Source: Candidatus Omnitrophota bacterium
GTDB lineage: Bacteria; Omnitrophota; Gorgyraeia; Tantalellales; Tantalellaceae
DNA: 64,000 nt
Direction of reading: 5' to 3'
NCBI GenBank assembly: GCA_015231405.1
Contig: JADGBR010000004.1
Location: forward strand, 189-64,188
Below the pieces are notes generated by a model that was given only the letters and a program-made list of their open reading frames with translations, was not told where the DNA came from and made no database searches. This document shows, piece by piece, positions 45,425-55,378 of this stretch (its first letter is position 1; each line of letters begins with the position of its first letter). A program made the translations under genes and the position numbers.

Positions 45425-46591
45425 TTACGGTCTACTGGGCTTATTCCATAGACTGTTCTCGGTCTTTTTGGAAGTTATCACATTTACTCGCGCCGAAACA
45501 ACAATGCTCTCTATCTGCTTATAGATATGATGATATTTCCCGTCATTAATGATCATATCCATTGCAGCTTCCCGCTTATTCTTTCTTTCCCGACCTTTTT
45601 TGTCAAAGTATTTGAAATTAATCGTCTTAAGTTTTCTTGCCAATGGATCTGGCAAGCATTTATCTATTATCATAGCCGGCAAATAACTACGCTTATTGCT
45701 TTTCCTTCGCCCGCCCGCTATCGATCTTTCAAGATATTTCCGGAAGAAATCATTTGCGACCTCGATGTCAACATTGTCATATTGAGCAAGATATCTAGCC
45801 AAACAACACGATGCCTTATCGAGCCGCTGAGCATAATCCGCCCTATCCCTCACTGGGATATATGCATCACCTTCCCTTAGTGTATTTTTCGATATCGGTA
45901 TTACCTCACGAAACATATAGGGTTCATTAAAGACCTTCAGCTTGCCAAATATTATACTTAACCCCTGAGGGATCAATTCGCCAAAATACGGATCCGACGT
46001 GTTGTCGACCACTTCTTTCCACATCTTTCGCATATGCTCCGTCCGATGAACACCGTAAAAGCTGCTCCCCCTGTATTCATTATACAGGCTCTTTATCCTC
46101 TCGAATGGGCTATCCTGGTCGATTGACTTCGTAGTATAGTACAAAAGATTGTTCTTGAACTCCAACACCCTGTTCTCGTTTTCCTCTATATAGTGCGAGT
46201 AATATATACCGTGAGCGACCGAGTAACTCCTATTTTCCTCCAAATATGATATACACTTTTCCACCGTCTCAGGAATAATAAAATCATCATCCGCGCAAAT
46301 AACTACGTACGGCGTCTCAATTTCGTCAAGCGCATATTTAATTTTCGCCATGTAGAGTTCTTCGGACTTTACTTTTCTATATTTAATTTGCCTTATATTG
46401 AAATATTTCTCGACAACCTCGAACCCGTCATAACGGTCGCTGGTATCCATAACTATTATTTGCATAGGATACGCATAAGATTCATAGAAACGGAACAATC
46501 TTGACAGAAATAGGTACCTGTTCATCGTTGGAATGATCATCGTAATTTTGTCAAAAAGCCCGGTATTCATTTTTTCAGTTTTCATACACAT
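45425..46591 (-). CDS. GT-A-fold glycosyltransferase-like protein
   Basis: ITMIIPTMNRYLFLSRLFRFYESY...IIVMDTSD with DxD-like ICADDDFIIPE. The family is uncertain. Confidence 0.45.
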   Translation of the reverse strand: MCMKTEKMNTGLFDKITMIIPTMNRYLFLSRLFRFYESYAYPMQIIVMDTSDRYDGFEVVEKYFNIRQIKYRKVKSEELYMAKIKYALDEIETPYVVICADDDFIIPETVEKCISYLEENRSYSVAHGIYYSHYIEENENRVLEFKNNLLYYTTKSIDQDSPFERIKSLYNEYRGSSFYGVHRTEHMRKMWKEVVDNTSDPYFGELIPQGLSIIFGKLKVFNEPYMFREVIPISKNTLREGDAYIPVRDRADYAQRLDKASCCLARYLAQYDNVDIEVANDFFRKYLERSIAGGRRKSNKRSYLPAMIIDKCLPDPLARKLKTINFKYFDKKGRERKNKREAAMDMIINDGKYHHIYKQIESIVVSARVNVITSKKTENSLWNKPSRP

Positions 46592-46636
46592 TCATTTCCC
46601 GGAAGGCAGCTAACTTACTAGTACCATTTCAAGCCA

Positions 46637-48016
46637 TCAACCTTTCAAAATATTTAAATATTGCGGAGATACCGGTACTCCTATCGGCTTCTTCAATAGA
46701 TCATTCATGACACAAAAATAATACTCCAAAACATCATCAGGCAAATTAGTAAGATTGATCTCTTTTTCGTAGAAAAGATTCCCCAGGCTACTGACAAATT
46801 TCCATTGGTCCTTAACCACCCCTGCGTTTATACAATCCCTCCACAAACGTGTACCCGGCAATGGGGTCAAGTATGAAACTTTTCCCTTATTCTCTAATCC
46901 GTTCCTCCTTATAAAGCTTATCATCTCCTTTAGATCGTTCTCAGTGTCCTCGGGAAACCCTATTATGAAGTTAACCGCCACATCTATACCGTATTTTCTT
47001 AAAAGCCCTATTTTTTCTTCCATAATGTTCACATCGATATTCTTATTAACTTTATTAAGGGTCTGCTGGTTGACTGATTCGATCCCGATGGATATCACCC
47101 TCAATCCGCTATCCCTTCCCCATCCGCAGATATCCGGGTCGATCGCGTCGACCCTGCATTGGCCAATATAACTAAAATCCATTTTTCTTTCAGTTTTCCG
47201 CCTAACAAAGTCTTTAAAGTTGCTCTTTATGTCCAGAAAGTTTTCGTCGACAAAATAATATTTATTGTAGTCATACCTCGTCCTGACATAGCTTATCTCA
47301 TCCAGGACCGAATCGACGTCCCTTAGCCCTAAACCTTTTACTATTTTACTACAAAAAGAACAGTTTCCCTTACAGCCCCTTGAAGCCATGATCTCAAAAG
47401 ATTGCCCTGTTTCCCGCAGATAATTTATATAAAATTCCATATGCAACACGCTGTAATCAGGCTGAGATAGGTCCGATAACTTATATAGACCCCCGCTCTT
47501 TTTTCCCGCCAGTATCCTATAGCCTCTCTCGCCAACGACCCCATTCTTATTTCTCGCGTAACAGTCCAATGGCATCCCGGCTTTTTCACTGCCCCCGTTT
47601 ATATAATTAATTAATTCAGGGAACCTGGCTTCTCCTTCCCCGCAGACTATATAATCGCAAACACAATTATTCAATATCAGTTCAGGATCCGAAGTCGGAA
47701 GCGCCCCGCCATAGACTATTACGTTCCCGGGATCGATCGCTTTTGCGAGTCTCGCGAAGTGTTCTACCTGGTTAATATGGTCGTTACCGGCAAGAACGCT
47801 GAAGCCGACTATGGAGCCGGAGCCCGACAACCCAGCCCGGAAATGGTCATCCCGTTTTTCCGGATCAACGGGCACAAGATCGATCACTCTTGGTTCGATC
47901 CCGTTCTTTTTAAGCGCGTTAGCCAGCACAGCCAGCCATATCGGCAACTGGACCGCGACGCATTTCCTGGTCACATTCACTAAAATTACTTCTTTGCTTT
48001 TGCCAATATTTATCAT
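46637..48016 (-). CDS. B12-binding-domain radical SAM enzyme (class B)
   Basis: N-terminal VILVNVTRKCVAVQLPIWLAVLANALKKNGIEPRVIDL (B12-binding-like). Radical SAM motif MASRGCKGNCSFCSK. Confidence 0.8.
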   Translation of the reverse strand: MINIGKSKEVILVNVTRKCVAVQLPIWLAVLANALKKNGIEPRVIDLVPVDPEKRDDHFRAGLSGSGSIVGFSVLAGNDHINQVEHFARLAKAIDPGNVIVYGGALPTSDPELILNNCVCDYIVCGEGEARFPELINYINGGSEKAGMPLDCYARNKNGVVGERGYRILAGKKSGGLYKLSDLSQPDYSVLHMEFYINYLRETGQSFEIMASRGCKGNCSFCSKIVKGLGLRDVDSVLDEISYVRTRYDYNKYYFVDENFLDIKSNFKDFVRRKTERKMDFSYIGQCRVDAIDPDICGWGRDSGLRVISIGIESVNQQTLNKVNKNIDVNIMEEKIGLLRKYGIDVAVNFIIGFPEDTENDLKEMISFIRRNGLENKGKVSYLTPLPGTRLWRDCINAGVVKDQWKFVSSLGNLFYEKEINLTNLPDDVLEYYFCVMNDLLKKPIGVPVSPQYLNILKG

Positions 48017-48043
48017 ATCTTCACCAGGCTTCCCGCCGGAAGT

Positions 48044-48955
48044 TCAGGCAATTATTTCCTGCTTCTTTTCGCTTGAAAGGATATTGCATTCACGGCATAT
48101 TTTAATGCTGTTCTTATTCCCCGAGGAATGTATTTCCCTTAAACCCGTTATTTTACGGCCGTTAAATATCTGTATCGGGGAGTGATCATTGACATCTCCC
48201 AAAACATATTGACCATGATGAAGGTCTGAACAGCATAAAGGGACCCTGCCATCCCAGAATACCATAAACCTATCCCACAAGTGGTGACAGGCTATATCAC
48301 TTATATCATCCTGTCCCTCCCCCCCGGGATTTCCATCTCCCCTTATTTCTCCTCCCCATGAGTGCATATCATAGCCGATGATCATATCTTTTTTGCCCCT
48401 ATCGATCACGTTCTCCCAATAATTTTTAAACGCTTTCCATTCGTCAATATTGTTTTTCTGCCGTATGAATCTCATGACAAAACGGGTTTTATACCCCGCC
48501 CTGTCCCTTTTATGGATAATATCCCGGGCGTTGTCTGTTACTCTATCGAAATCGACACCCCCTCTAATGGCTTCATGCGTTTCTTTATTCACGCCGTCAA
48601 TGCTAAAAATTACCGTATCTAATCCCGAATCCAGGATCTTGTCCTGCCTTTGAGCATCCAAAAGGTCCCCATTTGTAGCGATAGCGATATTCCTATAGCC
48701 TTTGGCTTTTAAATAACTTATCTTATCAAAGATAGTTCTATCCAATAACGGTTCCCCCAAACCCCATAGATCAACCTTCTCGATTTGCTCATTATAAGGC
48801 GCCAGATCATCGGCGACCTTCCTGAAAAGCTCCATTGCCATTGTCCCTTTTTTCCTGTCCGTAGGCATGTCTATCGGGCACATACAGCAATGGGCGTTAC
48901 ACCCAAAAACCACCTCTATCTGTATCCTTTTTGGAACAATAATATCACTGCTCAT
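48044..48955 (-). CDS. radical SAM protein with SPASM/twitch-like C-terminal Cys cluster (paralogue 4)
   Basis: CNAHCCMCPID. C-terminal CHHLWDRFMVFWDGRVPLCCSDLHHGQYVLGDV...CRECNIL. Confidence 0.75.
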   Translation of the reverse strand: MSSDIIVPKRIQIEVVFGCNAHCCMCPIDMPTDRKKGTMAMELFRKVADDLAPYNEQIEKVDLWGLGEPLLDRTIFDKISYLKAKGYRNIAIATNGDLLDAQRQDKILDSGLDTVIFSIDGVNKETHEAIRGGVDFDRVTDNARDIIHKRDRAGYKTRFVMRFIRQKNNIDEWKAFKNYWENVIDRGKKDMIIGYDMHSWGGEIRGDGNPGGEGQDDISDIACHHLWDRFMVFWDGRVPLCCSDLHHGQYVLGDVNDHSPIQIFNGRKITGLREIHSSGNKNSIKICRECNILSSEKKQEIIA

Positions 48956-50111
48956 TTTTCTTACTCCTCAGCAATTCCTTGGGCTTTTCTATTTCGATCA
49001 AGGTCTTGTAAACCTGCCCGCCCCTGTGAACAAGAATATCGGGATATTTGGACAAGAATTCCAGAGCCCCATACAGTCTCTTATTTATTTCTTCCTGCGG
49101 ATAGAACTGGACACCGATCTTTTCGATCTTGGCATGAGGAAACCTCTCAAACGCGTGGACAGCGACCTCATCGAATATCTCAACGACATATTCTAATGTT
49201 TCTTTTTCATCAGATCCAGAAGCCGTCGGAAAGCCCACCATTATGTCCGTCCGCAATACAATATCAGGCCTCATTCTTTTAAGCTTTTTCAGATCGTCAT
49301 ACAGTCCAAGAACTACCGGCCGACGCTTCATCATGGACAACAAACGATCGCTTGTTGTCTGGATCAATACCTGAAAATCCTTTATTTTATTTTCACGCGT
49401 TAATAACCCGAACAGAACATCCTTATATTCATACGCCCAATCAGCGTTCACCTGGGTAAGATGAACAGCGGGAGCTATCTCCAAAACCTTTTTTATTAAA
49501 TCAGGGAAATATGGTCCGCCCAGATCCGTACCATAAGAACCCGTGTCATTGCCATGCAAAATAATGGTATGAGCGCCCGTCAGAACAGAGTTCCGCACAT
49601 CCTCGATTATTTGGGCAAAGGGCCGGCTTTTCAACTCACCGATCCCAAGTTTATGAGGACAATACGGACAATCAGACGAACATCCAGTCTGTATCAGGAT
49701 GAATCTTTTCCCGGGATCATAAAGTCTGTATTCCTCCTTGGCGGCGAATACATCCGGGTAAGGTACAGCCTCCAGAGATACCGAAGGATCGCTGACAATA
49801 TCCCCAAGCCTCTCCCACTCACCGGCGCCGATGGCCTGATCAGGGGCCAGTGTTCCAACCTCCTCGGGAAAAACCTTTGTCAAACACCCGAAAACGATCA
49901 CTTTAGCGCCTGTCCCCTTCGCCTCTTTGATCAAGCCCAAAGCTTCGTATCCGAGACTTTTAAACGCCCCGCAACAACCGACAATATGAACATCGGCGCA
50001 TTCCTTATCCGAAACCTTCTCCCATCCGTTAATATCAAGGAATCTGCCTACCCTGTTAAGTATAAGCTTGTACGGAGTGCAGACATTATCTTTTATTATA
50101 TATTTTTTCAA
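48945..50111 (-). CDS. MiaB/RimO-like radical SAM enzyme (methylthiotransferase N-terminal domain + radical SAM core, no obvious TRAM domain)
   Basis: The N-terminal MTTase-like Cys region reads VHIVGCCGAFKS...VIVFGCLT. Radical SAM motif GCSSDCPYCPH. Confidence 0.6.
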   Translation of the reverse strand: MKKYIIKDNVCTPYKLILNRVGRFLDINGWEKVSDKECADVHIVGCCGAFKSLGYEALGLIKEAKGTGAKVIVFGCLTKVFPEEVGTLAPDQAIGAGEWERLGDIVSDPSVSLEAVPYPDVFAAKEEYRLYDPGKRFILIQTGCSSDCPYCPHKLGIGELKSRPFAQIIEDVRNSVLTGAHTIILHGNDTGSYGTDLGGPYFPDLIKKVLEIAPAVHLTQVNADWAYEYKDVLFGLLTRENKIKDFQVLIQTTSDRLLSMMKRRPVVLGLYDDLKKLKRMRPDIVLRTDIMVGFPTASGSDEKETLEYVVEIFDEVAVHAFERFPHAKIEKIGVQFYPQEEINKRLYGALEFLSKYPDILVHRGGQVYKTLIEIEKPKELLRSKKNEQ

Positions 50112-51268
50112 CGCAATTCTCCCCAGGCAATTACATCCGCGTTCGCTCCGATCTCGCTCAGCTTTCGTATTATCTCGCTTTTATAGACTCCATTCATTAC
50201 TAATATCTTTTTTTTGACGCACCCTCTCAAGACATCAGGGGAAAAGATCTTCTTCGCCACCCTGGGCAAATATTTTTCCTGCTTATTCGGGTTTATATCT
50301 ATTACGTATTCTATATTTTTAAGTATCTCATCCGGCAGATTATTCAGAAAAACAACCCCCTTACCGGAAGCTCCCCATACGGATAGTTTTCCTGAGTCCC
50401 TAACAAATGAAATGTCACGCACCCTGGCGCTGTCAATGCGAGCACTGTCATATTGACGCCGCCCGAGATGTCCCTTCCCCGCCTCATAATCCTTGCCGGT
50501 ACGTCCATAATACGCTGACAATAGGATATATTGCCCGCCGTAAACGTTCCTGACATTCTCTATGCCGAAACCCAGATCAGCCAACATCGTAGCCAGCGAA
50601 GCTTTGGTGAAATAATTACAATGTTCATATGTAATGTCAATGTAAGCGCCATTTTCCATTATCCATTCAAGGTCAGGCACCTCCGCTATCAATAAAGTCC
50701 CTTGCTTAATGGCGGGGCTTTTCGTCAACCTCCGGAGAAAAGATACCGGCTCGCCCAAATGCTCCAAAACATGTCTGAGTATTACCGCGTCAAAACACTG
50801 TTTTTCATTTTCAGGGGCAAAATACTCTTTGGCAATATCAACCCCGCCGGTCCCAGGCGAATTACCTTTGTAAGCATTATCGTAACCTTTACCCTTGGCA
50901 CCTGTTTTTTCGCACAGTTTTTTTAAAAACTCACCTTGTCCGCATCCGATCTCAAGGATTTGCCAGGTTTTGTCAATGAATGAACTCAGCTGGCCGACTA
51001 CTTCATCGATATACGCGTTGTAAACGCCCGAATATTCCCTTGAACTCTCATAATTATCATCATAATCAAAATCTGAGACGTTAAAATCAACGTTAAAAAC
51101 CAACCCGCAACTGTCACATTCCACTAGCCCTATCTCTCCATTTTTACATCTGGAAGCTTCGTCCTGTATGTCGTACACCACATTATTCAAAACAGGGCAT
51201 CTCCCATTCCTGTATATGACATCACGTGTGATATCTTTTTCACAACCGGTACATTTACATTGCCCCAT
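50108..51268 (-). CDS. sugar C-methyltransferase (Zn-ribbon N-terminus + class I SAM MTase; TylC3/NovU-like)
   Basis: N-terminal Cys4 ribbon CKCTGC...CDSCG. MTase motif ILEIGCGQGEF. C-terminal C-methyltransferase-like domain. Confidence 0.7.
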   Translation of the reverse strand: MGQCKCTGCEKDITRDVIYRNGRCPVLNNVVYDIQDEASRCKNGEIGLVECDSCGLVFNVDFNVSDFDYDDNYESSREYSGVYNAYIDEVVGQLSSFIDKTWQILEIGCGQGEFLKKLCEKTGAKGKGYDNAYKGNSPGTGGVDIAKEYFAPENEKQCFDAVILRHVLEHLGEPVSFLRRLTKSPAIKQGTLLIAEVPDLEWIMENGAYIDITYEHCNYFTKASLATMLADLGFGIENVRNVYGGQYILLSAYYGRTGKDYEAGKGHLGRRQYDSARIDSARVRDISFVRDSGKLSVWGASGKGVVFLNNLPDEILKNIEYVIDINPNKQEKYLPRVAKKIFSPDVLRGCVKKKILVMNGVYKSEIIRKLSEIGANADVIAWGELR

Positions 51269-51279
51269 TGCGCCCTTTA

Positions 51280-51999
51280 TTACGTTATTCTTCTCAGGAA
51301 ACCGTTCGGGCTATATGTAACACCCATACGGTTGTAATAATTATCGATCGCCCAGTTTGGATATTTCCCGACAAACTCCTCGATGGCGCGCAACGGATTA
51401 TCATGGGACCATTCAGGCTTACCCGTCGGGACGTCACTCAACATTTTCTGCACACCGTCCATAACTACCATGTAACTCCCTGGGGTAACGACACTTGAAT
51501 ACAGCATGATCTCCTTACGAACGTGATCATAAGTATGATTTGAATCCAGGACAACCAGCACTTTCTCGTCCTCCCTGATCAATTTTTTGGCCTCTAGAAA
51601 GACCTCTTCACTGGTGGAACTCCCCTCTATCAGAGTGATCCATTTCGCCATAGGGTGGTTAATTATGTTATTTCTATTATGATCCCTAATCTCAATATCT
51701 ATCCCTATTACTCTGCCCCCGCCTAGCAATTGCAGGATCGACGCGTAAAAAATAGCCGAACCGCCGTGAGCGACGCCTGTTTCCACTATCACATCCGGTT
51801 TAATTTGCCATATCAGTTCCTGCATCATGACTATGTCAAAGGGCAGCTGGATTATCGGTATACCCAGCCATTTGGGATGATAAACTATCCGATGAAGAAA
51901 AGACGCTTTCAGCCATAACTCATTCAGTAATTCCATGCCTTTATCACTGTAAACATCTACTTCCTCTAAATACCCGTCTTTGTCAGTTCTTATCTTCAT
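51280..51999 (-). CDS. CmcI-family (cephalosporin hydroxylase-like) O-methyltransferase, rhamnosyl/sugar O-methyltransferase type
   Basis: GIPIIQLPFDIVMMQELIWQIKPDVIVETGVAHGGS, the characteristic CmcI-family core. Confidence 0.7.
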   Translation of the reverse strand: MKIRTDKDGYLEEVDVYSDKGMELLNELWLKASFLHRIVYHPKWLGIPIIQLPFDIVMMQELIWQIKPDVIVETGVAHGGSAIFYASILQLLGGGRVIGIDIEIRDHNRNNIINHPMAKWITLIEGSSTSEEVFLEAKKLIREDEKVLVVLDSNHTYDHVRKEIMLYSSVVTPGSYMVVMDGVQKMLSDVPTGKPEWSHDNPLRAIEEFVGKYPNWAIDNYYNRMGVTYSPNGFLRRIT

Positions 52000-52045
52000 G
52001 ATCCCTTCCCGGTTAGAAACAACTTACCGCTGCTCAGTTATTAAA

Positions 52046-52879
52046 TCATGGCTTGATCATCAACCCTTGCCCTGTGGGAAGAGTCAGTATTTCCACCCCT
52101 AAGGATAAAGCGACTTTATCGATAGCTTCTTTCTGCTTCTCATGCCCGCCCCATCCGTAATCGTCAAATACGACAATTGCCCCCGGGACAAGTTTTGGCC
52201 AAAAATACTTAATGGATTCTACTTCCGGAATAACACAATTCATATCTATCGACAAATAAGCGACTTCACCGATCTCCACAGTTTGTAAAGTCCGTGGCAC
52301 AGGGCCCCTTACTATTATCACATTTGAATACTTCTTAAAACTATCGCGGACGTAATCGTAAAGATCCTCTTCATAGACTTTAGCCAAACGGTCATACTCC
52401 CACGTTGTCGAAAAATCTTTGTCCAATCCTTTAAATGTATCGAATAAGTAAAATTTTCTATCAGGCATACCCGCAAAATCCAGATATTGAATGATCGACA
52501 TGGCATTACTGCCTTTCCAGACGCCGCATTCGACGAAATCTCCCCTGAGATTCCTGGCATGATATGCCGCCCATAAGTTTACATGCCGCGGCCAACCTTC
52601 AAAATTATCATCATGCGCGCCTATCTGTCTCATACCAATTTCACACGATTTAATAAAATTAGGATTTTTCATGAAATCACAGTTCTTAAAAGACATCAAC
52701 CCGCTTTTATAATATTTGGGCCTTCCGATAACTATGGCCCTTTGTCCATTGAGCAGCTGAACGACCCTTGCCCCTAAAGGTGTTTTCCTTAACATGTTTT
52801 TTACAGCGATAACAGCCGCAGTGGCTAAACGCGACAGGCCCGGATATTTCCTCTTAAGATAACTTCTGATCTGTCGCAT
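52046..52879 (-). CDS. TylF/MycF-family sugar O-methyltransferase
   Basis: GDFVECGVWKGSNAMSII and the VFDDYGW region are typical of the macrocin-O-MTase family. Confidence 0.7.
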   Translation of the reverse strand: MRQIRSYLKRKYPGLSRLATAAVIAVKNMLRKTPLGARVVQLLNGQRAIVIGRPKYYKSGLMSFKNCDFMKNPNFIKSCEIGMRQIGAHDDNFEGWPRHVNLWAAYHARNLRGDFVECGVWKGSNAMSIIQYLDFAGMPDRKFYLFDTFKGLDKDFSTTWEYDRLAKVYEEDLYDYVRDSFKKYSNVIIVRGPVPRTLQTVEIGEVAYLSIDMNCVIPEVESIKYFWPKLVPGAIVVFDDYGWGGHEKQKEAIDKVALSLGVEILTLPTGQGLMIKP

Positions 52880-52897
52880 TCTTTCTCCTCCAGGCCT

Positions 52898-53914
52898 CTA
52901 GACTTTAACTTCGGACCTTTTCCATGACACATCGCAATCGCTGATGTATATTATTTTGCTCCCTTGAGACTCAAAATTGAAACGGCTTTCCTTAAATCCG
53001 GCAAATGTCAGCCTTAAGTTATCCTGGTATTTTTCCTCGCAATAAAGCAGCAAAAACCCCCCCCCGCCGGCACCGAGAAGTTTTCCGCCGCGCGCGCCGG
53101 CTTTCAAAGCTTTCTTATACATGGTATCGATCTCGTCGTTGGTGATACCATCGGCGAGCTGGACCTTATTCTTCCAGCATTCGTTAAGGATATCCGCGAA
53201 AGCGTCAAGATCATTATTGACGATCGCCATTCTTAACTCTTTTGCCAGAGCTACCAGCCTGTCCAGGTATCTTGTCTTTTCGGGTATATTTTTATTCTGT
53301 TTTTCCAGGATGGTAGATGAGACCCTTGTCACTCCGGTATAAAAAAGCATTAGCCTGTTATTTAACGTCTCTTTTAGCTCGCGGGGGCAGATCACCGGAT
53401 CCACAAAAATACTGTCGTCGTGGTTGAACTGTATGTAATTGAATCCTCCGTACGCCGCGGCATATTGGTCCTGTTTACCTATAGGATGCCCGAGGATATC
53501 GATCTCTATCCTGCAAGCGTCTTCGGCCAGCTTTTGAGGAGAGGCATATCTGCCCGTATACGCGTAGAGGGCGTTCAATACCCCTACAGCCAGGCTGCTG
53601 GATGAGCCCAAACCGACGCCTGCGGAGCCTAAAGGGACATCCCCCATGTAAACTATGTCGATCCCCTTGTCTATCCCTACGAGCTTCAGCGATTCCCGTA
53701 TTATATTGTGCTCGATCTTATCTACGCTGTCTACGATCTCGGTACTCGAATAACTGACTCTGATAAGATCGTCAAATTTTTTATTGACCGTTATGTAGAT
53801 ATATTTGTCGACCGCCGTGCTTACGACGGCTCCTGATCCGTTGCGGTAATAATTCTCGAAATCAGTCCCCCCCCCGGCGAAACTGACCCTCATCGGCGTT
53901 CTTGAAATGATCAT
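52898..53914 (-). CDS. hddA: GHMP sugar kinase (D-glycero-D-manno-heptose 7-phosphate kinase HddA-like)
   Basis: MIISRTPMRVSFAGGGTDF and the GHMP motif PLGSAGVGLGSSSS. Confidence 0.8.
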   Translation of the reverse strand: MIISRTPMRVSFAGGGTDFENYYRNGSGAVVSTAVDKYIYITVNKKFDDLIRVSYSSTEIVDSVDKIEHNIIRESLKLVGIDKGIDIVYMGDVPLGSAGVGLGSSSSLAVGVLNALYAYTGRYASPQKLAEDACRIEIDILGHPIGKQDQYAAAYGGFNYIQFNHDDSIFVDPVICPRELKETLNNRLMLFYTGVTRVSSTILEKQNKNIPEKTRYLDRLVALAKELRMAIVNNDLDAFADILNECWKNKVQLADGITNDEIDTMYKKALKAGARGGKLLGAGGGGFLLLYCEEKYQDNLRLTFAGFKESRFNFESQGSKIIYISDCDVSWKRSEVKV

Positions 53915-53936
53915 TTCCCTCCTATTAGGATCGTAC

Positions 53937-54812
53937 TCATGCCCACCCCGCGATCGTTTCCCTGATACCTTCCCCTATGCCGTATCGAGGTTCCCAGCCT
54001 GTTTTATTTTTGATACGCGTTATATCAGCCCAGTAATCGTGATCAGTTGTATCATGGCCCATCCCCGGTCTACCCAGGGCCATCCCGAATTCCGAGGCTA
54101 TGATATCCGCTATTTCAGACACACGTGTAGAGTACCCGGACCCGACATTATAGATCCCTGGCTGTTCGCCTTTCTCGAGAATATCGCACATAGCGGAGGC
54201 CGCGTCTTTCGCGAAGATAAAATCATTTTTCACTAAAGGAGTTTTAATAGCGGGTTCTTCACCCTTGATCAAACGATCTATCATGCAGGGTATCAGCGAT
54301 CCTTTTTTCTGTCCGGGTCCATACGCGTAGAATACTCTAGCCCAGAAAAAGTTAAACCCCTTATCCTCCGCCAATTTCTGTCCAAACTCTCTTATCCGCC
54401 TCTTCGCCCGGGCAAAATCATTTATAGCCTTCTCCTCCATTCCTTCACTCAAGGCCCCGTAATAGGCCCCATACTCCCAGCAGCTCCCCGCGCAAAGTAT
54501 TTTCCCGCATTTAATACCGGAAAGGAAGGAGAGAAGCCCCTCACCCATCTCGGCGTTTTTCGCTGAGATATCGGAAGAATAATCAGGCAGTCCCTCCCAA
54601 GCCATATGTATCGCGGCTTCCGGCAGAAAAGCGGCCACTTCCTTGCTCCAACCCGACATATACGAAAGGTCTCCCCTGATATAGCCCGCCGTCAGGTCCG
54701 AACTCCCGGGGATGCTCCGTGACAACACCAGTACTTCGTGTTTTCTATTTAATAGTTCGCGAACAACATATTTGCCGATAAAACCTGTCCCACCGGTTAC
54801 GAACACGCGCAT
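53937..54812 (-). CDS. NAD(P)-dependent sugar epimerase/reductase (extended SDR)
   Basis: MRVFVTGGTGFIGKYVVREL. ~290 aa. Confidence 0.75.
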   Translation of the reverse strand: MRVFVTGGTGFIGKYVVRELLNRKHEVLVLSRSIPGSSDLTAGYIRGDLSYMSGWSKEVAAFLPEAAIHMAWEGLPDYSSDISAKNAEMGEGLLSFLSGIKCGKILCAGSCWEYGAYYGALSEGMEEKAINDFARAKRRIREFGQKLAEDKGFNFFWARVFYAYGPGQKKGSLIPCMIDRLIKGEEPAIKTPLVKNDFIFAKDAASAMCDILEKGEQPGIYNVGSGYSTRVSEIADIIASEFGMALGRPGMGHDTTDHDYWADITRIKNKTGWEPRYGIGEGIRETIAGWA

Positions 54813-55378
54813 TATCCTTCCAACCCCCCAAATTTATCGTTAAACTCTTTAAAACTCCACGCCCCCAGATCCCTATCGGAAATTACCGGATCATTGACCG
54901 GCCAGTCGATCCCGATGTCAGGGTCGTTCCATTTAATGGCCCCCTGTTTATCAGGAGCATAATAGTTATCCATTTTATACTGGAGCGCGCATTTATCGGT
55001 GAGCGAGCAAATCCCCATCGCGAAGCCCCTTCCTACATAGAGCATTTTTTCTCCATTCCCTTTAAGCATCTCGCTACCCCACTCACCAAAAGTCTCTGAA
55101 CCTTTCCTCAAGTCCAGGAAAACGACATAGATATCACCGTAGAGGGCCCTGATTAGTTTTGTTTCCGCAAAAGGCTGGAACTGAAAATGCAGTCCCCTTA
55201 CAGTTCCCTTTTTTTCCGAATACGAATGGTTTTCGTTTACCCATTCCCGGTGCAGCCCTTTTTCCCTGAACGCCCGGTCATCATAAGTTCTCATAAAATA
55301 GCCCCTTTCATCCCAGAGCGGGGCAAGTTTTACGACAAAAACGCCCTTAAGACCCTTTTCAACTATTTCCATGAGCAT
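54812..55378 (-). CDS. sugar-nucleotide 3,5-epimerase (RmlC-like cupin)
   Basis: GVFVVKLAPLWDERGYFMRTY...VRGLHFQ...QYKMDNYYAPDKQGAIKWNDPDIGIDWP matches the RmlC signature throughout. Confidence 0.85.
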   Translation of the reverse strand: MLMEIVEKGLKGVFVVKLAPLWDERGYFMRTYDDRAFREKGLHREWVNENHSYSEKKGTVRGLHFQFQPFAETKLIRALYGDIYVVFLDLRKGSETFGEWGSEMLKGNGEKMLYVGRGFAMGICSLTDKCALQYKMDNYYAPDKQGAIKWNDPDIGIDWPVNDPVISDRDLGAWSFKEFNDKFGGLEG

